Positions 10,003 through 19,857 of a DNA stretch of 64,000 nucleotides are shown piece after piece. The notes below the pieces were generated by a model, which saw only the letters and a list, made by a program, of their open reading frames with translations, was not told the origin of the DNA and searched no databases. The stretch's first letter is position 1. Every line of letters starts with the position of its first letter. The DNA comes from Nitrospirota bacterium (GTDB taxonomy: Bacteria; Nitrospirota; UBA9217): assembly GCA_963737155.1 (NCBI GenBank), contig CAVTRN010000001.1, positions 1,312,001 to 1,376,000 of the forward strand, given 5' to 3'. Made by a program: the position numbers and the translations under genes.

Positions 10003-10830
10003 TTACTCTGCATTCGGAATAAAGAGTTGATTCCCGTTCTTGTCCTTGAAAGCAGCTATCGTGTCCTGGCCTTCCTTGGAGATGATCCAGTTCACGAACT
10101 CCATCGCCTCTTTGTATTTAACGGTATTGAACTTCTCCGGGTTCACAGCCATGACGCCGTATTGGTTAAACAGGGTTGGGTCGCCTTCCAGGATAACGAC
10201 CATGTCGAGTTTGTCCTTGGTAGCGAGCCAGGTTCCGCGGTCTGTAAGCGTGTAGGCCCGCTTCTCGTCAGCGATACGCTGAGTTTTTTCCATGCCCTGA
10301 CCGACCTTGAGATACCATTTTTTGCCCGCCGGATCAATGCTTGCTTTTTTCCAGATTGACAATTCCTTGGTATTGGTGCCCGACTTGTCTCCCCGAGAAA
10401 TAAAGTCAGTGTTAGCTTCGGCAATCTTCTTAAATGCGTCAACAGCGGATTTCAAACCTTTGATCTTTGCCGGGTCTGCCGAAGGGCCTATGATTAGAAA
10501 GTCGTTGTACATTACGTCATGACGGTTCAGGAAGAAACCTTCTTCAACGGCCTTCAGCTCCTGCTCCTTGGCATGAACGAAGACGAAGTCTACATCGCCG
10601 CGCTTCCCGATTTCTATGGCCGCGCCTGTGCCGACTGCCACCACATCGATCTTGACGCCGGTCTTCTTCTCGAAAATCGGAAGAAGATATTCGAAGAGTC
10701 CGGAGTTCTGCGTACTTGTTGTGGAGGCGCAGCGGATGCGGGTTTCAGCTGAGGCTGCTTGGCCGGAGAGGGATCCGACTACAGATAACAGCAGTATAGA
10801 CAATATGAATACACTTTTTATTATTTTCAT
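10003..10830 (-). CDS. tupA: Tungstate-binding periplasmic protein
   Basis: Signal peptide; STTSTQNSGL, VGTG.A, FISRGDKSGT, YTLTDRGT. Confidence 0.9.
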   Translation of the reverse strand: MKIIKSVFILSILLLSVVGSLSGQAASAETRIRCASTTSTQNSGLFEYLLPIFEKKTGVKIDVVAVGTGAAIEIGKRGDVDFVFVHAKEQELKAVEEGFFLNRHDVMYNDFLIIGPSADPAKIKGLKSAVDAFKKIAEANTDFISRGDKSGTNTKELSIWKKASIDPAGKKWYLKVGQGMEKTQRIADEKRAYTLTDRGTWLATKDKLDMVVILEGDPTLFNQYGVMAVNPEKFNTVKYKEAMEFVNWIISKEGQDTIAAFKDKNGNQLFIPNAE

Positions 10831-10924
10831 TGAAGAGATATCCTCCTATAATTGCATTGGTATTAAACGAGTTAATCGTTATATTATTTCGCGTACCAAC
10901 CGCGTTATTGTATACTCGAGTCTC

Positions 10925-11260
10925 TTTGCTGTTTGCCGCTTTCCCGTATTTCGATACTCTTTGACCTTGAGGGGGAGCCGCGCAGTCGATTAACTTCGAT
11001 GCAGTCGCCGATCCTGCAATTGCACCCGTCGGCCGGGATAGTGTGTGATGGGTATTACGAGGAATTTGCCCGCCCGTAACAGGACGGCCAGGTTCGGAAC
11101 GTTATATTTTTCCGCTGCCCAGGCGCTGCTGTCGGTCATGATGCAGTCCTTTTTCGAGTCGCCCGATCAAACGTGGCGGTTATAAAATCCCTCGTAACTA
11201 TGTACCAGTCTCCTGATGGAGTGATTTCAGTTCTTTCTAGACATCCATTTCCTTTTTGCA
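10925..11260 (-). pseudogene. Decayed TupA-like substrate-binding protein fragment
   Basis: Fragments WYIVTRDFITAT, MTDSSAW, VPNLAVLLRAGKFLV, SPSRSK in shifting frames; ends approximate. Confidence 0.5.
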
Positions 11261-11368
11261 CATTCCCGAGTTGTTACCGCGTGAAGAGATGCTGTTTTGG
11301 TATTTAGCCAGCATCATAACGCCAACTTTATTTCGCAGTAGCGGTGTACTTCCTTATGAAATGTAATA

Positions 11369-12148
11369 TTATTTTCCCCCAGTACGAGAGTAAACCGCAT
11401 CGGGATTGAAAAGGCGTGTCCCGTGCTTGGTATATTTGGCTATTATTCCTTGGCCCTCCGGAGAGGTGACATAAGCGATGAAATCCATGGCTTCGCGGTA
11501 GCGAATGTTCGGGAATTGTTCAGGGTTGACGGCGATAACGCTATAGCAGTTTTTGAGCGCCGGGTCGTCGTGGAGGAGTACTTTCAGTTGTAGTTTCTTT
11601 TCAAAGTTCAGAAAGGTACCGATGTCAGTAAGGGTATAAGCTTTTTTCTGACTTGCTATGATCAGGGTATCGCCCATCACGCTGCCGGCCTCGAAATACC
11701 AGCCTTTGCCTTTGGGATTGATTGCCGCATCGTCCCACAAATCCAACTCCTTGATATTGGTGCCCGAGTCGTCGCCACGCGACACAAAGGGAGCTCCCAC
11801 TTCCGCAATTCGTTCGAGGGCTTCTGCCGCGGTTTTCGTATTTTTGATTCGGGCTGGGTCCTTTACAGGGCCCGCGATCACAAAAACATTATGCATGACG
11901 GCGCGCCGGTTCACGCCATATCCCTCGGCCACGAACTTTTCCTCGCGGAATGGGTCATGAACAAAGAGCAGGTCCGCCTCTCCTTTTTTCGCCATTCTGA
12001 TGGCTTTGCCGGTTCCGACGGCAATGATTTCAACTGACACGGCATGACGAGTTGCTTTTTCGTAAGCGGGGATGAGAATATCGAAAAGACCGGAGTTCAG
12101 CGTGCTGGTGGTTGATGCGAGGATCAGACGGGATGCTTTTTTCTTCAT
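11369..12148 (-). CDS. Second TupA-family oxyanion-binding protein without a signal peptide
   Basis: GGAGG RBS before MKKKASRLILASTTSTLNSGL; SRGDDSGT, YTLTDIGT. Confidence 0.85.
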   Translation of the reverse strand: MKKKASRLILASTTSTLNSGLFDILIPAYEKATRHAVSVEIIAVGTGKAIRMAKKGEADLLFVHDPFREEKFVAEGYGVNRRAVMHNVFVIAGPVKDPARIKNTKTAAEALERIAEVGAPFVSRGDDSGTNIKELDLWDDAAINPKGKGWYFEAGSVMGDTLIIASQKKAYTLTDIGTFLNFEKKLQLKVLLHDDPALKNCYSVIAVNPEQFPNIRYREAMDFIAYVTSPEGQGIIAKYTKHGTRLFNPDAVYSRTGGK

Positions 12149-12671
12149 GGTGTAACCCTCCGTATGTGGATTATTGTCATTGTAAGTCTGGCAAGATAGA
12201 AAGTAAAATGCAATAAATTCATAAAATATATGAGTATTAGTCATGGCAGTTAGTCCGCGCTGTTACATCCGTGGCTAATCAATGTCAGTGCGATTTTGAC
12301 AAGGTCGATGACGTTATGCCAATGACCAGCCATTGCAAATTTTGATAAAACATAACGATTTAACTGGTGCGCTTTTTCATCAAATGAATTATTGTCAATG
12401 CTGTATGCCTTTATGCCCGTCCGTGCGCACCGATGCCCGCGATCGAGGAAGGCATGGCCTTGTCCTCCTTCATGATTGCGTTTACCTTATCAACATCCTT
12501 ACCGGCGGTACGCGTCGGAAACTCATTCGGAAAACGCACAGCAGCAAGTTCGAGGTGATTCGGGCAAATGCAGTGAATAGGGAGGGGAGGTGTAAGGGCA
12601 GGGCAGGTAACAATTAGAAAGGGGCAAGATGCAAGTAACAGGGGGACTGTGAATACGGGCTAAGGTATACG

Positions 12672-12700
12672 TTGACAAAATCGGTCAGTATTCATAAAAT
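12672..12700 (+). promoter_or_regulatory. Putative sigma70 promoter of the LysR gene
   Basis: TTGACA-17 nt-TAAAAT. Confidence 0.55.
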
Positions 12701-12769
12701 GCGATCACTCATGCAGCTTTTTTTATCCGCATTAAAACGTATACGGGGCTCCACGATTTTGCTCGGACT

Positions 12770-13675
12770 ATGGAAGACCACAGACTGAAATCATATTGTC
12801 TCGTTGTCGAGACCAAAAGCTTTTCGCGGGCCGCCCTGGCAAAGCACATGACCCAATCGGCCATGAGCCGGCTGGTGAAAGGCCTCGAGGACGAACTGGG
12901 CGTCAACCTACTGCTTCGCGAACGCAAGACGGTCACCCCAACGCCTGAAGGAAAAATTTTCTACAACCACGCAAAAAAACTTCTGGAAGGTTACGTGCGG
13001 ATGGAGCAGGACATCAGCAGCGTGTCAGGCACTACCAGGGGATTGCTGCGCCTGGGATCGAGTAGAACGCCGGCTTTTCATCTCCTTTCGCAGGCACTCT
13101 ATGATTTTTCAAAAAATCATCCCGAGCTGAGGATCGATTTAACCATAGCGAGAACCGAAGGCGTGCTGCGCGAGCTTCGCGAAGGCCGTATCGATATCGG
13201 GATTGTAGAAAGCTGGGGCATCAACGACAAGTTTTTTTCCGAGACGCTTGCCGAGGACGAGATCGTCTTGATTGTGCCGGAAAACCATCATCTCGCTGCA
13301 AAGAAATCGATCACCCTCAAAGAACTCATAACCCAGTCATTCATCCTACCAGGGCCGGGGTCGGGTACGCGGACACTGGTGGATGATTTTTTTGAAAGAC
13401 AGGGATTCGATATGCGGCAGCTCAATGTGCGGATGACCGCGGGCAGTCCTGAGTTCGTGGTCCAAATGGTGCAGGCAGGACTCGGTGTCGCATTTGCGTC
13501 CAAATGGTCAGTGTTTTCCGCCGTCAAGGAAGGCACGGTGAAAGTACTGCGGGCGCCGGGAAAGAAAATCCTGCGCAAGTTCTATCTTGTGACCATAGAC
13601 CGAGAGCCGGTATCTTCCGCGGCCCGGACCTTTAAGGGGTTCATCAAACAGCACCGGTTTTTCGTTCCGTTTTAG
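12770..13675 (+). CDS. LysR-family regulator (CysL/YeiE-like subgroup)
   Basis: N-terminal HTH SFSRAA...TQSAMSR..LEDELG; GSGTR; VQAGLGVAF. Confidence 0.9.
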   Translation: MEDHRLKSYCLVVETKSFSRAALAKHMTQSAMSRLVKGLEDELGVNLLLRERKTVTPTPEGKIFYNHAKKLLEGYVRMEQDISSVSGTTRGLLRLGSSRTPAFHLLSQALYDFSKNHPELRIDLTIARTEGVLRELREGRIDIGIVESWGINDKFFSETLAEDEIVLIVPENHHLAAKKSITLKELITQSFILPGPGSGTRTLVDDFFERQGFDMRQLNVRMTAGSPEFVVQMVQAGLGVAFASKWSVFSAVKEGTVKVLRAPGKKILRKFYLVTIDREPVSSAARTFKGFIKQHRFFVPF

Positions 13676-14195
13676 GCACTTTCCTCCATAATGCAGATCA
13701 TCTGGGTGAATTTGTTCATGGGTATGGCGAAGTCAGTATATTCATTCGGGAAATAAGGCCGGACACATCGAACATCCCGAGAACTGCCCTAGGATGCGTG
13801 GATTGGTTTTCGAGGTAGAGATATTGAACGAGAGAACGCAACCGGCGCCATAAGGCAGAAAACTTCATTTGGTTCCGACTCATCACAGTTGGCGAGCGTG
13901 AAGAGGCCGGATAGGACATCGAGGATTGCAGAGAAAATAACGGCTTGGGGCGTGCAAGGTGCTTTGAACGGCACAACCTACATCATTTCCTTAACAATCT
14001 CAGGAGACTTTTATATCGTTCGCCTACTATTTTGCCCCGGATACTGCAGAAAAGAAAGTACTCGAAGTGAGCGCCGATAGGGACTCGTTTCGTGCGGTCC
14101 TCTTTATCCGTGTAATAAAAGGCGAGAAAAAGTTCCGCTTTACTGAAAAAGAATCTCTATGATTTCAGGAACTTATTTTTAAGCGTTATGTCCAT
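13672..14195 (-). pseudogene. DUF169 family pseudogene
   Basis: Fragments AELFLAFYYTD, DVLSGLFTLAN, QYLYLE...RAVLGMFDVS with stops and frameshifts. Confidence 0.6.
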
Positions 14196-14250
14196 GAAAA
14201 CCTTTTCCCTTATTTTGAGATGCAAGCTGGAAGATTGACCGATAAAATCA

Positions 14251-15159
14251 TCACGGTGGACACTTTGCGCATATCGAGGTGAACAGCGCCGTGCTTAGGT
14301 ACCGGTCTCCGCGGTCGGGTAGTATCACGACGATAGTTCCGTCCTTCATTTCCTTCGCCTTCTTGATCGCAGCCCACATGGCTGCACCGCTGCTCATGCC
14401 CACGAACAGTCCTTCCTCAAGGGCCAGCCTACGCGTGGTATTGAATGCGTCGTCGTCCTGCACATTCCACTTTGCGTCCAGAGCTCCCGGATCGAAGATT
14501 TTCGGCACGATTGCTTCGGTCATGTTTTTCAAGCCTTGTATTTTGTGGCCTAGATTCGGCTCTACGCCGAGAACTGTAATCGAGTTGTTATATTCTTTAA
14601 GCCTCCTGCCCGCGCCCATGAGTGTGCCCGATGTGCCCATGCCCGCGACAAAGACGCTGATCTCTCCCTTGGTCTGCTCAAAGACCTCCCTGCCGGTCGT
14701 TTCATAGTGCGCACGTATGTTAGCAGGGTTGTCGAACTGGTTTGGCATGAAGTAATCGCTTCGATGCTCGGCATAGACCTTGTGGGCGAGACGGATCGCT
14801 CCGTCGGTGCCTTCGTTGCCCGGGCTCAGGACGAGCTCTGCACCGAACGCTTCAAGTATCTTTCTCCGCTCCAGGCTCACGCACTCCGGCATAACGAGCT
14901 TGACCTTGTATCCCATTGCCGTGCCTACCATGGCAAGTCCAATGCCGGTGTTGCCCGACGTGGCCTCAAAAATTGTTGAACCCTTTGTCAGACTGCCTTC
15001 CACTTCAGCAGCCCTTACCATATACAAGGCAATGCGGTCCTTTACCGATCCGCCCGGATTGCTCCCTTCAAGCTTGGCGAAGAGCCTTACTTTCGGATTG
15101 GGATTGATCCGGTCCAGCCGTACGAGCGGCGTGTTGCCAATGGAATCGAGAATGCTCAT
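14251..15159 (-). CDS. cysM: Cysteine synthase (PLP-dependent, CysM-type)
   Basis: NPGGSVKDR, EATSGNTG, GMGTSGT, PDRGDRYLST; C-terminal CAKCPP. Confidence 0.85.
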   Translation of the reverse strand: MSILDSIGNTPLVRLDRINPNPKVRLFAKLEGSNPGGSVKDRIALYMVRAAEVEGSLTKGSTIFEATSGNTGIGLAMVGTAMGYKVKLVMPECVSLERRKILEAFGAELVLSPGNEGTDGAIRLAHKVYAEHRSDYFMPNQFDNPANIRAHYETTGREVFEQTKGEISVFVAGMGTSGTLMGAGRRLKEYNNSITVLGVEPNLGHKIQGLKNMTEAIVPKIFDPGALDAKWNVQDDDAFNTTRRLALEEGLFVGMSSGAAMWAAIKKAKEMKDGTIVVILPDRGDRYLSTALFTSICAKCPP

Positions 15160-15188
15160 GAAAGTCAGCCCCCCGTTGCGGATGAATA

Positions 15189-15666
15189 ATTGGGTAGGTA
15201 GGGAGCCTTACAGCTCCTTTCCCCCCTCAGAATCGTGCATGAGAGTTTCCCCTCACATGGCACAAGCCGCTCAGCAGGAATCTCTGGTGGGTATTCCCGC
15301 AATGCAAATTAAATCGTTTCACGATACTTTCAGACTGTCAACACGGCCGAGACCGAAAGAGCACCGATACTGAGCAAAGCCTGGCATCGTCATGTGCGTT
15401 CCTTATCTTAGTCTGACTCATCCTGTGTTCTCGTGACGAGGAACCTGCCAATATCAGCTTCTTACGGCGTCCCATCATTACATCTCAGCCCAAACATTCA
15501 TCAGCATGAACTATGGTTAGACTACCCCGAATTACTTTGGAGCGAAGGTGCGGGGTTCCACGTGTGCATAAACGATCCTTTTTCAGCATAACGGTAGCAC
15601 GCTTACCACGTAGGGACCAGCAGGAAACATGCTGGGTACACTCATTTATACTGCATCGTGCCGCAC
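15189..15666 (-). mobile_element. ORF-less, degenerate group II intron
   Basis: 5' GTGCGGCACG; domain V-like GTGCCATGTGAGGGGAAACTCTCATGCACGATTC (15230-15263); domain VI ending CCTACCCAAT; no RT ORF. Confidence 0.8.
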
Positions 15667-15676
15667 GTACTTGGGT

Positions 15677-15705
15677 ATAATAGTGAATTTTCCGATGATC
15701 TGCAA
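15677..15705 (-). promoter_or_regulatory. Putative sigma70 promoter for the intron/cysM transcript
   Basis: TTGCAG-17 nt-TATTAT, 10 nt upstream of the intron 5' end; overlaps a + strand TATAAT. Confidence 0.4.
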
Positions 15706-15798
15706 CATCTTATTTATTTCCTCTGAAGGGTTTTTTGTTTTATAATCGGACGGTTGTTTTCACGATAGTGAAAAATGCCGAGATTGACTGGTTTAATC

Positions 15799-17139
15799 AT
15801 GAACTTTAAAATATATATTGATAAAAGTGCTGAGCGCACCCGGCTTCTTATGCGTGCGCTGAGGCACCGTAACTATCGGCTGTTTTTCGGCGGGCAGACC
15901 CTGTCGCTGATTGGCACCTGGATGCAACAGATCGCCATGAGCTGGCTCGTGTACCGCGTGACCGGATCGGCGATGCTCCTGGGAGTAGTCGGTTTCGCTG
16001 GACAGATCCCGACGTTCCTTCTGGCTCCCCTGGCGGGAGTTCTTGCAGACAGGTGGAATAAGCACCACGTTCTGCTCTGGACGCAGTCGCTCTCCATGCT
16101 CCAGGCCGCGATACTGACAATACTTGTACTTGATCATCTAGTCCAAATCTGGCACATTATCGCTCTTAGTATTTTCATCGGCATGGTGAACGCATTTGAC
16201 ATCCCAGCGCGGCAGTCCTTTCTCATCGAAATGATCGACCGTCGGGAGGACCTGGGGAACGCCATCGCCCTGAATTCGTCTATGATGAACGGGACCCGCC
16301 TGATCGGACCGTCCATCGCAGGCGTCCTAATCGCCGCCCTAGGGGAAGGTATCTGCTTTCTGCTTAATGCAGTGAGCTACCTCGCGGTCCTCGCCGCCTT
16401 GCTCGCGATGCAGGTGAAGCCGAAAAAAGTAGAGTCCGCAGGGAAATCCATATTTCACGAGCTGCAGGAGGGAATTTCCTATGCGTACCGTTTTCCGCCA
16501 ATCAGGGTCATTCTCATGCTCATTGGCCTCGTGAGTCTCACGGGAATTCCTTATACCGTGCTCCTCCCTGTGTTCGCACGGGACATTCTACATGGCGGCG
16601 CCCACACCTTCGGCTTTCTTATGGCAGCGGTCGGCATCGGCGCTTTTACGAGCGCAATCCTGCTCGCCTCGCGCAAGAGCGTGATCGGGCTCGGCAAGAT
16701 CATTCCTCTGGCTGCAGGAGTATTCGGTCTGGCAGTGGCTACCTTTGCCTTCTCTCGCTCGCTCTGGCTTTCTCTCGTGCTGCTGTTCTTCGCTGGACTT
16801 GGCATGATGGCGCAGATCGCTTCGAGCAACACGATCCTCCAGACACTCGTGGATGATGATAAACGGGGGCGTGTCATGAGCCTCTTTACCATGTCGTTCA
16901 TGGGCATGGCACCCTTCGGAAGCCTGTTTGCCGGCGTACTCGCGGGCAAGATCGGCGTAACCTATACGCTCCTCATGGGTGGTACGGCCTGCTGCATCGG
17001 GGCGTTAGTCTTTGCGAGTCGTCTCAGCATGATACGAGAGCATATCCTTCCTATCTACCGGCGAAAGGGGATCATCCCAGAAGTTGTTTCCGCCCTCCAG
17101 ACCGCGACGGAACTCACGATCCCGCCCGAAGAGCAGTAA
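15799..17139 (+). CDS. MFS transporter (DUF894/H+ antiporter-like)
   Basis: ALRHRNYRLFF.GQ, GVLADRW, about 12 TM; start may be 15775. Confidence 0.85.
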   Translation: MNFKIYIDKSAERTRLLMRALRHRNYRLFFGGQTLSLIGTWMQQIAMSWLVYRVTGSAMLLGVVGFAGQIPTFLLAPLAGVLADRWNKHHVLLWTQSLSMLQAAILTILVLDHLVQIWHIIALSIFIGMVNAFDIPARQSFLIEMIDRREDLGNAIALNSSMMNGTRLIGPSIAGVLIAALGEGICFLLNAVSYLAVLAALLAMQVKPKKVESAGKSIFHELQEGISYAYRFPPIRVILMLIGLVSLTGIPYTVLLPVFARDILHGGAHTFGFLMAAVGIGAFTSAILLASRKSVIGLGKIIPLAAGVFGLAVATFAFSRSLWLSLVLLFFAGLGMMAQIASSNTILQTLVDDDKRGRVMSLFTMSFMGMAPFGSLFAGVLAGKIGVTYTLLMGGTACCIGALVFASRLSMIREHILPIYRRKGIIPEVVSALQTATELTIPPEEQ

Positions 17140-17470
17140 AGAACCGGACTCCTCTCCAAAATCAGCAATATCAGCAGTTTCCCCGCTAAGTACCACCTCA
17201 TCGGGTCCTATCATACGCCATCCCGTTGCTCCGTTTTTCGTTGCAGGCGGGCTCAAAAACGTATATGATCTTTCGTTGTGCCGGTGTGCCGGTGTTTTCA
17301 GAAAACTGACGGAAAATGAGGGATGAGATTTTCAGATCGTATCATAAGATAATTCAAGGGAGTTAATTTACCGGCGAAGAAAGCACGGGAAACGACTTCT
17401 TTTAAAGGTACCAACTTCGCGACCTTGGCGTCGTTGCTGTTTATCTACAGGGGGTCTATTTTATAACGCT

Positions 17471-18445
17471 ATGACAATACCACGTTCCTACACTATTCTC
17501 ATCACCGGCCTTGGAGCTCTTGGAACCGTGTTCGCAACGCTCATGAAAAAAACGGGCCACACGGTTTTTGCTCTCACAAAAGATAAATATCTTCCTGGAC
17601 TCTTGAATGGTATAGTGCGGGTCAAGGGTATCTGGGGAGAACACGAAGCCGTGCTTGACGGCGTGCTCGGCTCTATCGAGCCGCTCACCTGCAAAAAACT
17701 CGATCTTATTATCCTCGCGGTCAAGTCCTACGATACGAAGGCGGCGATTGAGCAGGTAAAGCCGCTCGTGAGTAAGGACACGCTGGTCCTCGTCGCCCAG
17801 AACGGATACGGGAACTACGAAACCGTTTCCAACGCAGTCGGCAAAGAACACACGCTCTTGGCGAGGATAATCTTCGGCGTAAAACTATCGTCCTACGGAA
17901 ATGCGGAGGTCACGGTTATTGCCGATGATGTACGGATCGGGCAGCCGCATGATGCGGTTGATCCTGAGCGCATTCGTGAGATCGCGGACGCTTTCAGGTT
18001 GGCCGGTATCCCGTCAGCATATGCTGAGAATGTGAATGCAATTCTCTGGGATAAGATTCTCTACAATGCGGCGCTGAACCCTCTGGGCGCGATACTCGAA
18101 TGCACCTACGGCGATCTCGCGGAGAATCCCAAATCTCGTGGGATTATGGATGCGATCATCGACGAGATATTCGGGGTAGCGCAGGCGTACGGGATAGTAT
18201 TGAACTGGAGATCACCGGATGAATATCGCGAACACTTCTACACACGGCTCGTCCCGCCCACGGCAAGGCATTACCCTTCGATGTACTATGACGTCAAGGC
18301 AGGCAAGCGCCTCGAGATTGATGCATTAAACGGGGCAATCGTGGGGCTTGCCCGCGAGAAGGGGATTGCTGTTCCGGTGAATGAAACCATTACGGCAATC
18401 ATCAAATCAAAAGAAGCGTTGGTACAACGGCATCCATCCGCATGA
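17471..18445 (+). CDS. panE: 2-dehydropantoate 2-reductase (ketopantoate reductase)
   Basis: GLGALG, VKSYDT, QNG, WDKILYNAALN, SMYYD, EIDALNG. Confidence 0.85.
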   Translation: MTIPRSYTILITGLGALGTVFATLMKKTGHTVFALTKDKYLPGLLNGIVRVKGIWGEHEAVLDGVLGSIEPLTCKKLDLIILAVKSYDTKAAIEQVKPLVSKDTLVLVAQNGYGNYETVSNAVGKEHTLLARIIFGVKLSSYGNAEVTVIADDVRIGQPHDAVDPERIREIADAFRLAGIPSAYAENVNAILWDKILYNAALNPLGAILECTYGDLAENPKSRGIMDAIIDEIFGVAQAYGIVLNWRSPDEYREHFYTRLVPPTARHYPSMYYDVKAGKRLEIDALNGAIVGLAREKGIAVPVNETITAIIKSKEALVQRHPSA

Positions 18446-18544
18446 ATGATCTGAAAAATATCCGCCTTGATGATGGGCAACCCGCGATAGATTTATCCTT
18501 CAACATAAAATAGTCAGGTTTATACTTGCTGTTGTCGAGAGTAT

Positions 18545-18960
18545 ATGAACGTATTCATGGCCGCAGCCGCAGAGGAACGGTTGCAGGAAAGACCGAAAGG
18601 GCGCAAACCGATACGCTCGGTCCTGGTATACGGTGGCGAAGTCATTGCACGATGCTGCAATCGGTGTGTGCAATGGGACAGAGCGATTCTGCACGCGGAA
18701 ATGGAAGCCCTGCAGAACGGCAGATGGCTGTCCCGGCCTTCTGCCGGGCTTCAACGCTCTACACGACGCTGTCGGCATGTGCTATGAGCTCCAGTGTGAT
18801 TCTTTTTTATACGGTATTCCCCGCGTTGATATTAGCCAAAATTTTCATTCAGAGAGGAAGAACTGCTAAAGAGCCGCGGCGTCAAGGAAGAGGTGCTACA
18901 GGAGTCCTGGGGTGCGTGTTATGTTCATGATTAAATTTAGCAATGAAGATATCGGGAAGA
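18545..18960 (+). pseudogene. Nucleoside/cytosine deaminase pseudogene
   Basis: PIRSVLV, ILHAEMEAL, LYTTLSACAMSS (PCxxC degraded), YGIPRV, NEDIG split across frames. Confidence 0.7.
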
Positions 18961-19106
18961 GTGCGCCGGGAAGAGATGTGTTTGAAGATGGGCAGCTTCA
19001 CATTTTCAACTAAATTAAAACAACCTATCAAAACACCGCTCGCCCACCTGTTAGCGTGTTTTACCACCTTGCAAATATCGGGTATTTATGATACTGTACG
19101 CCCTCT

Positions 19107-19709
19107 ATGGAAATCGTTCTCGCTACACGTAACAAAAAAAAGATCGAGGAAATTAGGCGGATCACAGCCGACCTGCCGATCACGATTCTATCACTCGATA
19201 ATTTCCCTGATTGCCAGGAAACGGTGGAAGATGAGAATTCGTTCGAGGGAAACGCCATAAAAAAAGCGACCGAGGTCTGCCGATACACGGGCAAACCAGC
19301 ACTTGCTGACGACTCCGGTCTCGAAGTCGACGTCTTGGGCGGTGCGCCGGGAATATATTCCGCGCGTTATGCTGGCGGCGCCGGTAGCGGCAGTGATGTT
19401 CGGAATTACGAAAAACTCCTTGACGAACTAAAAAATATACCGGACGAAAAAAGAGGAGCCCGCTTTGTGTGCTGTATGGCGATGGCTTATCCCGACGGAC
19501 TTGTCAAGACATTTTTCGGCTATGCCAAAGGGAGTATAAGTCGGGAGCCAAAAGGGAAAACCGGATTTGGATATGATCCGATTTTCATCCCCGAGGGATA
19601 TAAAATTACTTTTGCCGAGATGTCCGGTGAAGAGAAGGACCGGCTCAGTCATAGGGGCAAAGCTATTGAAAAACTTGTTGAATTTATACACGCCAATATT
19701 CATTTATAA
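19107..19709 (+). CDS. rdgB: dITP/XTP pyrophosphatase (Ham1 family)
   Basis: LATRN..K, ADDSGL, PGIYSARY, GFGYDPIF, SHRGKA. Confidence 0.92.
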   Translation: MEIVLATRNKKKIEEIRRITADLPITILSLDNFPDCQETVEDENSFEGNAIKKATEVCRYTGKPALADDSGLEVDVLGGAPGIYSARYAGGAGSGSDVRNYEKLLDELKNIPDEKRGARFVCCMAMAYPDGLVKTFFGYAKGSISREPKGKTGFGYDPIFIPEGYKITFAEMSGEEKDRLSHRGKAIEKLVEFIHANIHL

Positions 19710-19857
19710 ACAAAACTAATATTTAAATTATTATTTTTAACTTGAAAAATAACTCGTTTTCATCGATTATAGGCCGGTTAAAAAGTCCAAGGGGTTTAGT
19801 ACGCCCTTTTTCATTCTCATCCCCAAAAAATCGTTTTTTCAACGGAGGATAATCCCT

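Noticed and set aside
10874-10900. ATCGTTATAT ModE-like half site upstream of tupA
   Set aside because: The second half site is missing and there is no modE in the window.
12149-12244. Upstream extension of the second TupA with a lipobox-like FLSC
   Set aside because: No basic n-region or RBS, and the lipobox is non-canonical; the ATG at 12148 has a strong RBS. Not fully excluded.
12330-12620. Short ORFs between the second tupA and the LysR gene
   Set aside because: No recognisable domain; may be another decayed gene, but this cannot be supported.
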